NCBI GenBank assembly: GCA_050949505.1
Contig: JBMNFV010000001.1
Location: 286,284 to 350,283, forward strand
Length of the DNA: 64,000 nucleotides
From: Patescibacteria group bacterium
GTDB taxonomy: Bacteria > Patescibacteriota > Patescibacteriia > Patescibacteriales > UBA12465
Reading direction: 5' to 3'
The notes under the pieces are model-generated. The model was not told the DNA's origin and ran no database searches. It was given only the letters and a program-made list of their open reading frames with translations. A program made the translations under genes and the position numbers. Numbering within the stretch: the stretch's first letter is position 1; every line of letters starts with the position of its first letter. Below are positions 37,674 to 48,154 of the stretch, in pieces.

Positions 37674-38729
37674 ATGGGATTATTTTCTATTAGCAAAGAC
37701 AATCTTTTTTTAGGCATAGATATTGGGGATTCTTCTTTAAAAATGGTAGAGCTAAAAAAGAAGGGGCGTAAAATTAGTTTGTCTAATTATGCCTTTAGCG
37801 AAAATATTACAGATGTTAATTTTACTAAAGTTGAAGACCTCGCTTATTTATCACAAGCTATTTTAAAGGTTAGAAAGGAAGCGGGGATTACCGCTACTAA
37901 AGTAACTGCCTCTTTGCCTAACTTTGCGGTCTTTTCTTCAATTATCAATCTAACGAATGTTGATAAAAAGAATATTCTCACCGCGGTTAATGAAGAGGCC
38001 CGTAAGGTGATTCCCTTACCACTAGAGGAAATGGTTTTGGATTGGAAAATTATTCCTGGTCCAGATGGCAAGATCCCTACCCGGGGTAATATGCGAGTAT
38101 TCTTAACGGGCTCTCCCAAGAAATTGGTGCGGAAGTATGTAGAGGTTTTTAAAAAGACCGGTCTTAACTTAGTTAGCCTAGAAACTGAAACCTTTTCACT
38201 GGTTCGGTCTTTAGTAGGCAGTGATAAAGAGGCGGTGATGGTGGTGGAGATTGGGGCCAATAGTACTGATATGTTTGTTATCAAGGAAAGCATTCCCGTC
38301 TTTAATCGGAGCTTATCGGTTAGCTCCTCAACAATCACCAAGGCCCTAGCGGAACAGTTGGGGCTAGAGTATTCTCAAGCTGAACAGTTTAAAATAGACT
38401 TGGCTAATGCGGCTGATAAACAGGGAGGAGCAGCAGAGCTATCGCCATTAATTGCTAAAACCATAGAGCCGATCGTGACGGGTATTCAATATCTATTAGA
38501 CTTCTTCAGATCCCAAACCAAAGAGGAGGTTAATAAAATTATTTTATCTGGCGGAGGAGCAATGTTGCTTAACTTGCCTGAATATTTAAGTGAGCGCCTT
38601 AATCTTAAAGTTATTATCGGCGACGCTTGGAATCGGGTTGAGTATCCAGAAGAGCTGCGGCCCGTCTTGCAGGAGGTGGGAGCGAAGCTGTCCGTCGCCA
38701 TTGGTCTAGCGATGCGAGAAATAGAATAA
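37674..38729 (+). CDS. pilM: Type IV pilus assembly protein PilM
   Basis: FLGIDIGDSSLKMVELK, VEIGANSTDMFVIKE, IILSGGGAMLLNLPEYL; syntenic with pilN/O/B/C. Confidence 0.9.
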   Translation: MGLFSISKDNLFLGIDIGDSSLKMVELKKKGRKISLSNYAFSENITDVNFTKVEDLAYLSQAILKVRKEAGITATKVTASLPNFAVFSSIINLTNVDKKNILTAVNEEARKVIPLPLEEMVLDWKIIPGPDGKIPTRGNMRVFLTGSPKKLVRKYVEVFKKTGLNLVSLETETFSLVRSLVGSDKEAVMVVEIGANSTDMFVIKESIPVFNRSLSVSSSTITKALAEQLGLEYSQAEQFKIDLANAADKQGGAAELSPLIAKTIEPIVTGIQYLLDFFRSQTKEEVNKIILSGGGAMLLNLPEYLSERLNLKVIIGDAWNRVEYPEELRPVLQEVGAKLSVAIGLAMREIE

Positions 38730-38731
38730 TT

Positions 38732-39370
38732 ATGCTATTTAAAAGAGCTAAAGATAAAACTGAAAAAAGAGCAGCCATTCAAAACCCCAAGATTTTAGAT
38801 GTTAATTTAATTAAGGGAGAGGTTCAGATTAGTTTTGCTTGGCGCCAGAATCTATCTAAACTGATTCTTGCTTTAGTTATCTTAGGCTTGATAGTTACTG
38901 AGGTTTATCTAGGCCTAGACTACTGGGCGCAATATGAAGAAGAACAAACCCAAGTCTTAACGACTGAACTTAATCGGGTCAGGGAAGAGGTGCGAGCCCT
39001 ACAGGTAGAGGCTGATCAAGCATTGGCCTACAAAGAGAAGTCCGTCGGCCTATCAGGGCTGTTAGCGGAGCATATCTATTGGTCGGCCTTTTTTGACTGG
39101 TTAGAAAAAAACACTTTAAGCACCGTTAAGTTTACTGGATTTTCTGGGGGAACTGATGGGGTTTATGAATTAAGGGCTACGGCCTCTAGTTTTCAGGATG
39201 CTTCCTGGCAGGTCAAGGTCCTATTAGACGACCCTCTGGTCAAGCAAGCGGAGATTTCTCAAGTAGCTAACTCGGAGTCAGAGGTAGAGGAAGAGGGAGA
39301 AGTTTTTGTTCAAAAGGAAGTAAACTTCTCGCTGAACTTAGAAATTAATCCAGAGATTTTTAAAAAGTAG
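38732..39370 (+). CDS. pilN: PilN-like pilus assembly protein
   Basis: Single TM near N-terminus, coiled region, position after pilM. Confidence 0.75.
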   Translation: MLFKRAKDKTEKRAAIQNPKILDVNLIKGEVQISFAWRQNLSKLILALVILGLIVTEVYLGLDYWAQYEEEQTQVLTTELNRVREEVRALQVEADQALAYKEKSVGLSGLLAEHIYWSAFFDWLEKNTLSTVKFTGFSGGTDGVYELRATASSFQDASWQVKVLLDDPLVKQAEISQVANSESEVEEEGEVFVQKEVNFSLNLEINPEIFKK

Positions 39371-39371
39371 T

Positions 39372-39950
39372 ATGTTATCACGCGATCAAAGAAATCAAAA
39401 TTCTCTCAACTTATTTCTCAATAACTATTTTAGTTTGATTCTAACGACAGGAATCTTATTATTACTATTATTAGCCTATCTAGCCGTTATTTTGCCTAAG
39501 TATCAAGAGGTGGCTAGCCTCACTCAGGATAATTTAAATAGACAGCAATTATTATTAACCGAGCAGCGCCGAAAGCTAGTTAACTTACAAGCCATCTCTC
39601 AGGCCTATGACTTGTTGCCAGAGCTAGATGTCAATAAGTTTAATCAAGTCTTGCCAGACCAATATGTTAAGGAGCGACTTTTTGGTGAACTAGAAGAAAT
39701 TGTTACTAAAAATGGCTTTATCACTAATTCTATTAGCCTAAGCCAAGAGCCACCTGAGGCCGGGTCGCCAACTAAAATAGGAACAGTTACCGCCGAACTT
39801 AATATTTCCACGATTGACTACAGTGGTTTTAAGAGAATGTTACGGGTCTTAGAGAGCAATCTTCGTTTATTGGATGTAACTAATCTGAGCTTTTCTCCCG
39901 GAGGGAATACGGCCAACTTAAGTCTAACCACTTATTATTTCGCTAACTAG
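39372..39950 (+). CDS. pilO: PilO-like pilus assembly protein
   Basis: Single TM, coiled region, position after pilN. Confidence 0.75.
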   Translation: MLSRDQRNQNSLNLFLNNYFSLILTTGILLLLLLAYLAVILPKYQEVASLTQDNLNRQQLLLTEQRRKLVNLQAISQAYDLLPELDVNKFNQVLPDQYVKERLFGELEEIVTKNGFITNSISLSQEPPEAGSPTKIGTVTAELNISTIDYSGFKRMLRVLESNLRLLDVTNLSFSPGGNTANLSLTTYYFAN

Positions 39951-39955
39951 AGACT

Positions 39956-40339
39956 ATGAAAAACAGCCATCGCTATTTATCACAAATCCTCTTAGTTATT
40001 CTAGTCATCGCTGGAGGGGCGCTTTTCTTTTGGCAGGAAGTGGCTTATGACTATCTACACCAGCAGGCTGAGTTAGTGGAGGTGACGGACATTCTAATGG
40101 CTCCAGCACCACTCCCTAGTGAGGAACTAGAGACTACAGTGATTAATGATGCTAAGTTCATTGTTCTGAAAAACAATGTGACGGGCTTTGACTATGAGCA
40201 GGTTTGTCGCAATTTAATGAATCTCGGCGAGAGAGAGATTAGTCAGTTATCAGCATCTGAGTATAGTCAAATCTTAACCTGTGCGGTTGGCAATGCTTCG
40301 CCGTTTATCGCGCCAACTACTAGCGGTGAAACTCCTTAA
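39956..40339 (+). CDS. Hypothetical membrane-anchored protein of the pilus operon
   Basis: N-terminal TM; sits between pilO and pilB. Confidence 0.6.
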   Translation: MKNSHRYLSQILLVILVIAGGALFFWQEVAYDYLHQQAELVEVTDILMAPAPLPSEELETTVINDAKFIVLKNNVTGFDYEQVCRNLMNLGEREISQLSASEYSQILTCAVGNASPFIAPTTSGETP

Positions 40340-40349
40340 TTAAAAAATC

Positions 40350-42107
40350 ATGAGCAAACACATTCAGCTCCTTAATTTTTTGCAGGCCAAAAGTTTAGTG
40401 CCAGAGGGACAGTATGATCAAATTAAAGAATTAATCAGTGACGGACAATTTGATTTAGAAAAATATCTAGTGGAGCAAAAAATCTTTACTGAAGAGAAAC
40501 TAACCGAACTAAAGGCCGAAATGAAAGGCCTCCCTTATTATAATCTCTTAGCCGAGGAAGTGCCGGAGGTGGCCTTGAATTTCTTTCCAGAAGAAATTGC
40601 CAGAACTTACCAAATTATTTGTTTCGCCCGCGAGAATCGTTTAGTGAAAATAGGGCTAATTGACCCCACCCCTAAAACTATTGAGGCAATTAATTTCCTG
40701 GCCTCAGATGAGCGCTTGGCGGTAGAGCATTATCTAATCTCTCGCTCTAGCTTTGAGAAGGCGATGAAGCAGTATCAAAAGCTAGAGGAAGAAATTTCTA
40801 GTGCTTTAGAAGTTAAGGCTAGGGAAGAGGGCGAAGACTTGGTAACTGTGAGGGCAGACAATGAGGGAGTGATAGATGAGGATATAAACAGTGCTCCGAT
40901 CTCTAGAATTGTCTCAGTAATCATACGTCACGCAGTGGAGGCCCGGGCTTCCGATATCCACATTGAGCCCTTTGCTAAGGAGAGTCGGGTGCGCTACCGC
41001 ATTGATGGGATGCTACATACCTCGCTAACCTTGCCGCGGAGCATTCATAATGCGGTAATTGCCAGAGTTAAGGTTTTATCCAAGCTGAAGTTAGATGAGA
41101 CTCGTATTCCTCAAGACGGACGAATTAGACTAATTGTTAATAACAAGGAGGTAGACTTTAGAGTCTCCACCTTACCGCTAGTTAATCAGGAGAAGGTGGT
41201 TATGAGAATTTTAGACACCTCCCGCGGGGCTCCCACCTTAGAGGGCTTAGGATTTAACAAATTGGCACTACGGCGCATTAATGAGGGAATAAAAAAGACT
41301 AGTGGAATCTTTTTGGTCACTGGTCCTACGGGCAGTGGAAAGACGACAACCTTGTATGCCATTTTAAATATTCTTAATCAAGAAGGAGTGAATATCTCCA
41401 CCCTAGAGGATCCAATTGAGTATGAAATTAAGGGGATTAACCAATCACAGATTAAACCGAAAATAGGTTTTTCCTTTGCCAACGGACTGCGCTCACTCTT
41501 ACGACAAGACCCTAATATTATTATGGTCGGAGAAATTCGTGATGAAGAAACAGCGGAGCTATCCATTCATGCCTCCTTAACGGGACACTTAGTGTTGTCC
41601 ACCATTCACACTAACGATGCGATTGGAGCGGTTTTTAGGCTAGTGGATATGAAAATAGAACGCTTCCTCTTGTCCTCCACTCTGCGAGCGGTGGTGGCGC
41701 AGCGTTTGTCCCGTCGTCTCTGTGAGCACTGTAAGCAGGTGGTAGATTTGTCTAGTGATGCTAAGGAAGAAATGATTAAAGAATTACAAATGATTCCGCC
41801 GCACATTTTAGCTGAAGAATTACCAGAACTCCGTTCTCCAGAAGAAGTTTTTGCCACTTATCAAACCTATAAGGCAGTGGGCTGTCAACGTTGTGAAAAT
41901 ACCGGCTACTCTGGACGAGTGGCCATTGCTGAGGTGATAGATATTAATGAAGAGCTAAGTGAGATGATTAACAATGGTAGCAAGGACTTAAACGAGGAGG
42001 CGGTCCGTAAGACAGAGGACTTTGTCACCATTAAGCAAGACGGGGTGGTAAAAGTATTTCAAGGAATCACCACTATGGAAGAGGTCTTGCGAGTTATAGA
42101 AAGTTAA
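40350..42107 (+). CDS. pilB: Type IV pilus assembly ATPase PilB (GspE family)
   Basis: ASDIHIEPF, GPTGSGKTTTLYAIL, EDPIEYEIKGINQSQ, GEIRDEETAELSIHASLTGHLVLSTIHTNDA. Confidence 0.93.
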   Translation: MSKHIQLLNFLQAKSLVPEGQYDQIKELISDGQFDLEKYLVEQKIFTEEKLTELKAEMKGLPYYNLLAEEVPEVALNFFPEEIARTYQIICFARENRLVKIGLIDPTPKTIEAINFLASDERLAVEHYLISRSSFEKAMKQYQKLEEEISSALEVKAREEGEDLVTVRADNEGVIDEDINSAPISRIVSVIIRHAVEARASDIHIEPFAKESRVRYRIDGMLHTSLTLPRSIHNAVIARVKVLSKLKLDETRIPQDGRIRLIVNNKEVDFRVSTLPLVNQEKVVMRILDTSRGAPTLEGLGFNKLALRRINEGIKKTSGIFLVTGPTGSGKTTTLYAILNILNQEGVNISTLEDPIEYEIKGINQSQIKPKIGFSFANGLRSLLRQDPNIIMVGEIRDEETAELSIHASLTGHLVLSTIHTNDAIGAVFRLVDMKIERFLLSSTLRAVVAQRLSRRLCEHCKQVVDLSSDAKEEMIKELQMIPPHILAEELPELRSPEEVFATYQTYKAVGCQRCENTGYSGRVAIAEVIDINEELSEMINNGSKDLNEEAVRKTEDFVTIKQDGVVKVFQGITTMEEVLRVIES

Positions 42108-42119
42108 TTTTAGAGGTTT

Positions 42120-43325
42120 ATGCCTATCTACAAATACCTAGCGGAAACCGCTAATCAAAGAAAAAAAAGAGGAACGATCGTCGGCTTAACAGAGGCTGAT
42201 GCCTTTAATCGTCTGCGCAAACAAGGCCTTAATCCTCGGGAAATAGTGGCGGTGAATGATAGCTTGGAAACTAAAATAAACTTATTGATCTCTCCCATTA
42301 AAACTAAGGATCTAGTAGTGTTTTCTCGGCAGTTTTCGGTGATGATTTCTGCCAATGTTACCGTTTCTGAAGCCCTATCTATTTTAGTGGACCAGACTAA
42401 TAATTTATCACTTAAAAACATGGTCTCAGAAATTGCCTTTGAGGTTGAGGCCGGCTCCTTTGTTTCTGATGCCTTTGCTAAACGTCCTAAAATATTTTCC
42501 GATTTCTTTGTTAATATTATTCGCTCCGGAGAGTCTTCGGGGAAGTTAGATGAGGTGCTTAATTACCTAGCTGATGAAATGGAGAAGAGTTATGATATTA
42601 GTTCCAAGATTAGAGGGGCGATGATTTACCCCATCTTTATTCTCGTCGCCTTAGTGGGCGTGGCCTTTATCCTGATGCTCTATGTTATCCCTAACCTAAC
42701 TTCAATGTTAGAGGAGAGTGGCGCTGACCTGCCATTAGCCACTAGGTTAGTGATCAGTACCTCTAGTTTCTTGCAACACTATATTCTTTTAGTTATTGCC
42801 CTGATCATTAGCTTAGGCTTTTTGCTGAGACTATATCTTAAAACCTATGGCGGAAAGAGAAACCTAGACATTGTTAAGCTGAAAATGCCAGTCTTTGGTC
42901 GGCTCTTCCAATACATCTACCTAATGCGCTTTACCCGCTCCTTATCCACCCTCCTTAAAGGAGGAGTGACCATCACTCGTTCATTAGAAATTACTGCTTC
43001 AGTGGTCGGTAATACTATTTACAAGGAACTAATTATGGATACCCTAGAAGCCATCAATGATGGTAATTCCTTAGCTTCCGTAATGGAAACTAGCAGCTAT
43101 TTTCCCAGCATGGTGCCGCAAATGATTGCCGTGGGAGAGCGAACCGGAAAGATTGATACCGTTTTAGATAGAATTACCGAATTCTATTCCCGGGAGTCTA
43201 CTAATATGTTAGATAATTTAAGTAAATTAATGGAACCCTTGATCATGGTAATTATGGGTATCGGGGTAGGGATTATGGTGGCAGCGGTTATCTTGCCGAT
43301 GTATAATATGGCTAACCAGTTCTAA
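42120..43325 (+). CDS. pilC: Type IV pilus inner membrane protein PilC (GspF family)
   Basis: LVVFSRQFSVMISANVTVSEAL, IIRSGESSGKLDEVL, VPQMIAVGERTGKIDTVL. Confidence 0.92.
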   Translation: MPIYKYLAETANQRKKRGTIVGLTEADAFNRLRKQGLNPREIVAVNDSLETKINLLISPIKTKDLVVFSRQFSVMISANVTVSEALSILVDQTNNLSLKNMVSEIAFEVEAGSFVSDAFAKRPKIFSDFFVNIIRSGESSGKLDEVLNYLADEMEKSYDISSKIRGAMIYPIFILVALVGVAFILMLYVIPNLTSMLEESGADLPLATRLVISTSSFLQHYILLVIALIISLGFLLRLYLKTYGGKRNLDIVKLKMPVFGRLFQYIYLMRFTRSLSTLLKGGVTITRSLEITASVVGNTIYKELIMDTLEAINDGNSLASVMETSSYFPSMVPQMIAVGERTGKIDTVLDRITEFYSRESTNMLDNLSKLMEPLIMVIMGIGVGIMVAAVILPMYNMANQF

Positions 43326-43452
43326 TTTAACCGAATTAGCTTGTTCATTTTTTTAGATTATGCTATTATTTAGTTAAGAGAATTGTTTCTAACTTCTAAC
43401 TATGCTATAATCTGAGCATAGTTACTAATATTTTTAATATTAAAAAACCATT

Positions 43453-43881
43453 ATGAAAAATAATAAACCCGGCTTTACCCTTATAGAACTTTTAGTCGTC
43501 ATTGCGATTATTGGTCTACTATCAACACTCTCCATTGTTGCTCTTAACTCTGCCCGAGCCAGATCTCGAGATGCCAGACGAGTCTCAGATGTCAAGAACA
43601 TCCAAATGGCCCTAGAGATGTATTATAATGACCATTTAAAGTATCCAACTAGCACTGATGATTTAGCATCCTCCTCAGAGGCTTATTTAATAGTTAACCC
43701 TACGCCTCCTACCCCAGCTGATGGAAGTTGTGATAATAATAATAATGCATATAATTATGATGCGAGTGGTAACGATGGGACCTACACGCTCACCTATTGT
43801 CTCGGAGCGGGTACTGGAGGAATTCCAGCGGGTATTAATACAGCCACTCCCTCAGGAATTAGCACCTTTGGATCTAATTAA
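43453..43881 (+). CDS. Type IV pilin-like protein (copy 1)
   Basis: Prepilin N-terminus KPGFTLIELLVVIAIIGLLSTLSIVALNSARARSRDARR. Confidence 0.9.
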   Translation: MKNNKPGFTLIELLVVIAIIGLLSTLSIVALNSARARSRDARRVSDVKNIQMALEMYYNDHLKYPTSTDDLASSSEAYLIVNPTPPTPADGSCDNNNNAYNYDASGNDGTYTLTYCLGAGTGGIPAGINTATPSGISTFGSN

Positions 43882-43916
43882 AATATTTAGTTAAATTATT
43901 TGTTTGAAAGAATAAT

Positions 43917-44354
43917 ATGAAAAATAATAAACCCGGCTTTACTCTCATAGAACTATTAGTCGTTATTGCGATTATTGGTTTACTGTCAACACTCTCCATT
44001 GTTGCCCTTAACTCTGCCCGAGCCAGATCTCGAGATGCCAGACGAGTCTCAGATGTCAAGAACATCCAAATGGCCCTAGAGATGTACTACAATGATCATT
44101 TGGTGTATCCAACTAATACTAGTAGCTTGGTAGCCTCTACAGCCACTCTCACTCCATATTTAATTGTTTTTCCTACACCTCCTACTCCAGCCGATAGCAC
44201 TACTTGTGATAATAATAATAGTTATGATTACAAGTCAGCAGGAAACGATGGTACTTATACGCTCACCTATTGTCTCGGAGCGGGTACTGGAGGAATCCCA
44301 GCGGGTATTAATACAGCCACTCCCTCAGGGATTAGCGATAGGCTAGGGAAATAA
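43917..44354 (+). CDS. Type IV pilin-like protein (copy 2, tandem duplicate)
   Basis: Near-identical N- and C-terminal segments to copy 1, divergent middle. Confidence 0.9.
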   Translation: MKNNKPGFTLIELLVVIAIIGLLSTLSIVALNSARARSRDARRVSDVKNIQMALEMYYNDHLVYPTNTSSLVASTATLTPYLIVFPTPPTPADSTTCDNNNSYDYKSAGNDGTYTLTYCLGAGTGGIPAGINTATPSGISDRLGK

Positions 44355-44395
44355 CAGTATAGGGGTGAAGGATTAAATAAAAAATAGTAAATTAA

Positions 44396-44424
44396 CAAAA
44401 GAGTCTCGCTAGAGGCTCTTTTTA
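44396..44424 (+). terminator. Terminator-like hairpin
   Basis: AAAAGAGtCtcgctagaGGCTCTTTTT. Confidence 0.55.
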
Positions 44425-44614
44425 GTGTTCCAGTCTGTGCCCCTTTACAAATTAATAAATATGTGGCAGGATACAGAGAAGTTTAGTTATTTAACAAAGC
44501 AAGAGACTGGAGTAATTGGGCTGTGAATTAAGTAGCTTATTTAATTGCTAGCCCAATTACTCCATGTTTAATCTTTAAAAAAGAGGCCCTCAGCGAGACC
44601 GGTAACGGGGTAAG

Positions 44615-45235
44615 TTGAGGGAAGTATTAATGAAACAAAAAAAGTTAAGCAAACTGGTGAGGAGAACTATCTCCTTACCGATCATTTTCATTTTGCCAAT
44701 TCTGGCAGCCTACCTATTTCTCCTTCCTAAGGAGGTGCCGGTTAAGTTACTAGAGAATCAAATTGTAATACCCCGGTATTATGACTTGATTCTTGTTTAC
44801 CTTTGCTTAGTGGTGCTAGCCGCCACTTCGCTTGTTAAAAAGAGAAAAAAGGATGCGCCCACAGCGATTTTTTTCGCAAGTGTGGGGGCAGGAATATTAA
44901 TTATCACTGCTTTCCATTGGCTTCTTCCGGTAATGACCATAGTCTTTGCGGGAATGGGAGCCATAGTAGTGTCAGCAGCAATAAATTTCTGGGAGATGAA
45001 TAGCAGAAAGTTCTTTGTCGAAACCACGGCCTGGACAAGTCTGCTATTATTAATCTTCCTAGGACTGATTAATACTCTAATTCTCCTTGTAGTCTATTTT
45101 ATAGTTAGCTACGTTTTCATGCTAACTAGAAGGATAGTTATAGGAGAATCCGGACAATGGCTAGTCTATTGCCTAGGACTGGAGAAGGATAAAATAGAGG
45201 AAAAAGAAATAGAAAAAGAGAAGACTGAAGACTAA
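44615..45235 (+). CDS. Hypothetical multi-TM membrane protein
   Basis: 206-aa ORF with five or more hydrophobic segments. Confidence 0.65.
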   Translation: MREVLMKQKKLSKLVRRTISLPIIFILPILAAYLFLLPKEVPVKLLENQIVIPRYYDLILVYLCLVVLAATSLVKKRKKDAPTAIFFASVGAGILIITAFHWLLPVMTIVFAGMGAIVVSAAINFWEMNSRKFFVETTAWTSLLLLIFLGLINTLILLVVYFIVSYVFMLTRRIVIGESGQWLVYCLGLEKDKIEEKEIEKEKTED

Positions 45236-45252
45236 GTCTTCGTCTAATAACC

Positions 45253-45281
45253 AAGAGCTTGTCAGACAAGCTCTTTTTTTA
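45253..45281. terminator. Strong terminator hairpin between convergent genes
   Basis: AAGAGCTTGTC-aga..-AAGCTCTTTTTTT. Confidence 0.7.
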
Positions 45282-45322
45282 TTTAAAATAATCACAACTA
45301 TCTTTAAATAGTGAGGCTAAGG

Positions 45323-46258
45323 CTAGATAGTGTTTTTAAAATATTGAATAGTTTTTTCTAAGCCCTCGGCTAAAGATATGGAAGGAGACCAGTTAAGAGT
45401 TTGTTTGGCTAGGGAAATATCAGGACGTCTTTTTTTAGGGTCATCAGTTAGGGCGGGTAAATAGCTTAGTTTGCTTTGGCTCTCAGGTAGCAGGGCCAGG
45501 ACTTTCTCAGCTAATTCTTTGATGGTAAATTCAGCGGGATTACCTAAATTAACTGGACCAATGAAGTTTTGGGTATTGTTCATCATTAGGACCATTCCAT
45601 TGATCAGATCATCTATATACTGAAAAGAACGGGTTTGTGAGCCATCGCCATTAATAGAAATATTTTCATTTTTTAGAGCTTGGATAATGAAGTTAGAGAT
45701 TACCCGGCCATCATTAGTAGCTAAATAGGGGCCGTAGGTGTTAAAAATCCTAATTATCCTGATATCCACTTGATATTGTTTATGGTAGTCCATAAACAGA
45801 GACTCAGCTACACGTTTGCTTTCATCATAACAAGAACGAGGGCCGAGGCAGTTAACGTGGCCAAAATAGTCTTCAGTTTGAGGGTGAACCTGAGGGTCGC
45901 CGTATACCTCAGAGGTAGAAGCCTGAAGGATACGAGCGCCAGTTTGTCTAGCGAGATTTAAGAGATTAATTGCTCCTAGGACCGAAGTGGTCGTAGTTTT
46001 AACAGGGTTAGCTTGATAGTGCTCTGGAGAGGCGGGGCAAGCTAGATTATAGATTTGATCAACTTGAGCAAAGTAGGGCTCTTCAATATCATGTTTGATA
46101 AATTGAAAGTTTTTGTTGGCTATTAAATCTTGAATATTAGCTTCCGAGCCAGTTAGCAAGTTATCTAAACAGATTACTTGCTCTCCCTCGGCTAATAAGC
46201 GACGGCAGAGATGACTACCAATAAAGCCGGCTCCGCCGGCCACTAAAATAGTTTTCAT
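45323..46258 (-). CDS. NAD-dependent epimerase, UDP-glucuronate decarboxylase-like
   Basis: [55 protein letters not shown]. Confidence 0.88.
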   Translation of the reverse strand: MKTILVAGGAGFIGSHLCRRLLAEGEQVICLDNLLTGSEANIQDLIANKNFQFIKHDIEEPYFAQVDQIYNLACPASPEHYQANPVKTTTTSVLGAINLLNLARQTGARILQASTSEVYGDPQVHPQTEDYFGHVNCLGPRSCYDESKRVAESLFMDYHKQYQVDIRIIRIFNTYGPYLATNDGRVISNFIIQALKNENISINGDGSQTRSFQYIDDLINGMVLMMNNTQNFIGPVNLGNPAEFTIKELAEKVLALLPESQSKLSYLPALTDDPKKRRPDISLAKQTLNWSPSISLAEGLEKTIQYFKNTI

Positions 46259-46399
46259 AAGTTATAAGTGTTAAAGGTTAGTAAACAGAAAGACAAGTTT
46301 ATGGTAGCAGGGATTAGCTAATCTGTAAATGAATGAGAGAGAAGTATAGATATGCCTTGTCTTAACAGGTTAATAATGACTTAATGGACTTTATTTTTT

Positions 46400-46725
46400 C
46401 TTTATATTTATTTTATACCCCTCAAATAGACTTAGGTTTAGTTCTTTATTTTTTCTTTATATTTTCTTTATATTTCTTTTATAGCCCTCAAATAGACTTA
46501 GGCTTAGTTCTTTATATTTTCTTTATATTTTCTTTATTTCTCTTTATATTTTCTTTATATTTTCTTTATATTCTCTTTACAGCTCTCAAATAAGCTTAGG
46601 TTTAGTTCTTTATTTTTTCTTTATATTTTCTTTATATTTCTTTTATAGCCCTCAAATAGGCTTAGGTTTAGTTCTTTATTTTTTCTTTATATTTCTCTTT
46701 ATTTTTTCTTTATATTTTAATAATA
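46400..46725. repeat. AT-rich tandem/interspersed repeat array, four copies of a ~30-nt core
   Basis: Core CTCAAATARRCTTAGGYTTAGTTCTTTAT starts at about 46421, 46487, 46585, 46651 (spacing 66, 98, 66), separated by TTTCTTTATAT tracts. Confidence 0.88.
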
Positions 46726-46819
46726 GGGAAGTTGAGGCAATAGATCGGCTATTAGAAGGTTTGAGAATTAACTGGAATTTATTGCCTAAATATGCTAGTT
46801 TATAGAGGTCAGGGAAGTA

Positions 46820-48154
46820 TTGTTAATCTCTAATTACCCCTTAATGCTAACTAAACTATTTCAAACAATTGAGAAAATAACACCAGTTAAATGGCGTTGG
46901 ATTTTTAATCATGAAGGCTTTAGGCGCTATTTTGCTAATACTGGTTGGATGTTTCTAGGACAAGCCTTTGGCTTGTTAATGTCTTTTTTGGTGGGGGCTT
47001 GGGTTATCCGCTATTTAGGGCCAGAGCGTTATGGGATCTTTTCTTACGCTCTAGCCTTTGCGGGACTATTTTCTTTCCTGGCTTCACTAGGAGTGGATAA
47101 TATTTTACAGCGAGAATTAGTTAATACTCCAGAGAAGCGAGATCAATTAATGGGAACCGCGTTAGTGATGAAGTTAGTTGGTGGTGGAATAGCGTTTATT
47201 GTGACGGTAGGAACTATCTTCTTGATTGATTCTTCTAATCTAGTGAGATTCCTAGTTCTAATTCAAGCCCTAGCTTTAATTATCCAAGCCTTTGGGGTGA
47301 TAAGCCTGTTCTTTCAAGCGCAAGTTCAAGCCAAAAAGAATATTCAATCACAGATAATGGCTGGACTAATCTCTAGTGCTCTTAAAGTTATCCTTATTTT
47401 AAATGGACTAGGAGTCATTTGGCTAATGTTGATTTATGTATTAGATAGCGTTTGGATTAGCTTGTTTTTGTTCCGAGCCTATCAACGATCAGGACTCAAG
47501 GTTAGGGCTTGGCGCTTTAAATTACCGCTTGCTAAACAGATTTTTAGAAGTTCTTGGTTATTAGCGCTTACCAATGCCTCGATGTTGGTTTATATGAAAA
47601 TAGATCAGGTAATGATCGGACAAATAATTGATAAGCAGGCAGTGGGTTTGTATGCCTCTACGGTGCGAGTCTTTGAGCTAACCTATGTAGCGCCAGCAAT
47701 TATTGCTGGCTCACTATTTCCCGCTATTTTAAATGCTAGAAAAACTGATTTACAGTCTTATCATAATCGTTTAAGGAGCATGGGGAAGTTATTGGCGATA
47801 ATATCTATTTTAATAGCCTTAGCGACAACTTTATTAGCTAAGTATATTATTATTATCCTGTTTGGAGCTGATTACTCAGCAGCAATCATAACTCTTCAAA
47901 TTGGCGCTTGGTCAATAGTGGGGATGGCCTTAACTTATTTAGTTAATCAATATTTAATAGCGGAAGATAAGATAAAATTCTACTTCATTATTACCCTAAT
48001 CGGTGCTATAGTGAACATAGGACTAAACTACTATCTCATCCCCCACTACGGCATCAATGGAGCCGCCATCGCCACCATTATCGCCTATTTAGTGGTGCCG
48101 GGAGTGGGGATGACTTATTTTAATTTAAATAGAAAGAAACATGAAAAGCAATGA
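46820..48154 (+). CDS. Wzx-like oligosaccharide flippase
   Basis: FLGQAFGLLMSFLVGAWVIRYLGPERYGIFSYALAF; about 12 TM segments. Confidence 0.85.
   Translation: MLISNYPLMLTKLFQTIEKITPVKWRWIFNHEGFRRYFANTGWMFLGQAFGLLMSFLVGAWVIRYLGPERYGIFSYALAFAGLFSFLASLGVDNILQRELVNTPEKRDQLMGTALVMKLVGGGIAFIVTVGTIFLIDSSNLVRFLVLIQALALIIQAFGVISLFFQAQVQAKKNIQSQIMAGLISSALKVILILNGLGVIWLMLIYVLDSVWISLFLFRAYQRSGLKVRAWRFKLPLAKQIFRSSWLLALTNASMLVYMKIDQVMIGQIIDKQAVGLYASTVRVFELTYVAPAIIAGSLFPAILNARKTDLQSYHNRLRSMGKLLAIISILIALATTLLAKYIIIILFGADYSAAIITLQIGAWSIVGMALTYLVNQYLIAEDKIKFYFIITLIGAIVNIGLNYYLIPHYGINGAAIATIIAYLVVPGVGMTYFNLNRKKHEKQ

Noticed and set aside
46384-46593. 69-aa ORF MDFIFSLYLFYTPQIDLGLV...
   Set aside because: Arises from translating the AT-rich repeat array; no coding evidence.
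46384-46725. Repeat array considered as a CRISPR
   Set aside because: Spacers are themselves repetitive TTTCTTTATAT tracts, spacing is irregular (66/98/66), and there are no cas genes nearby.
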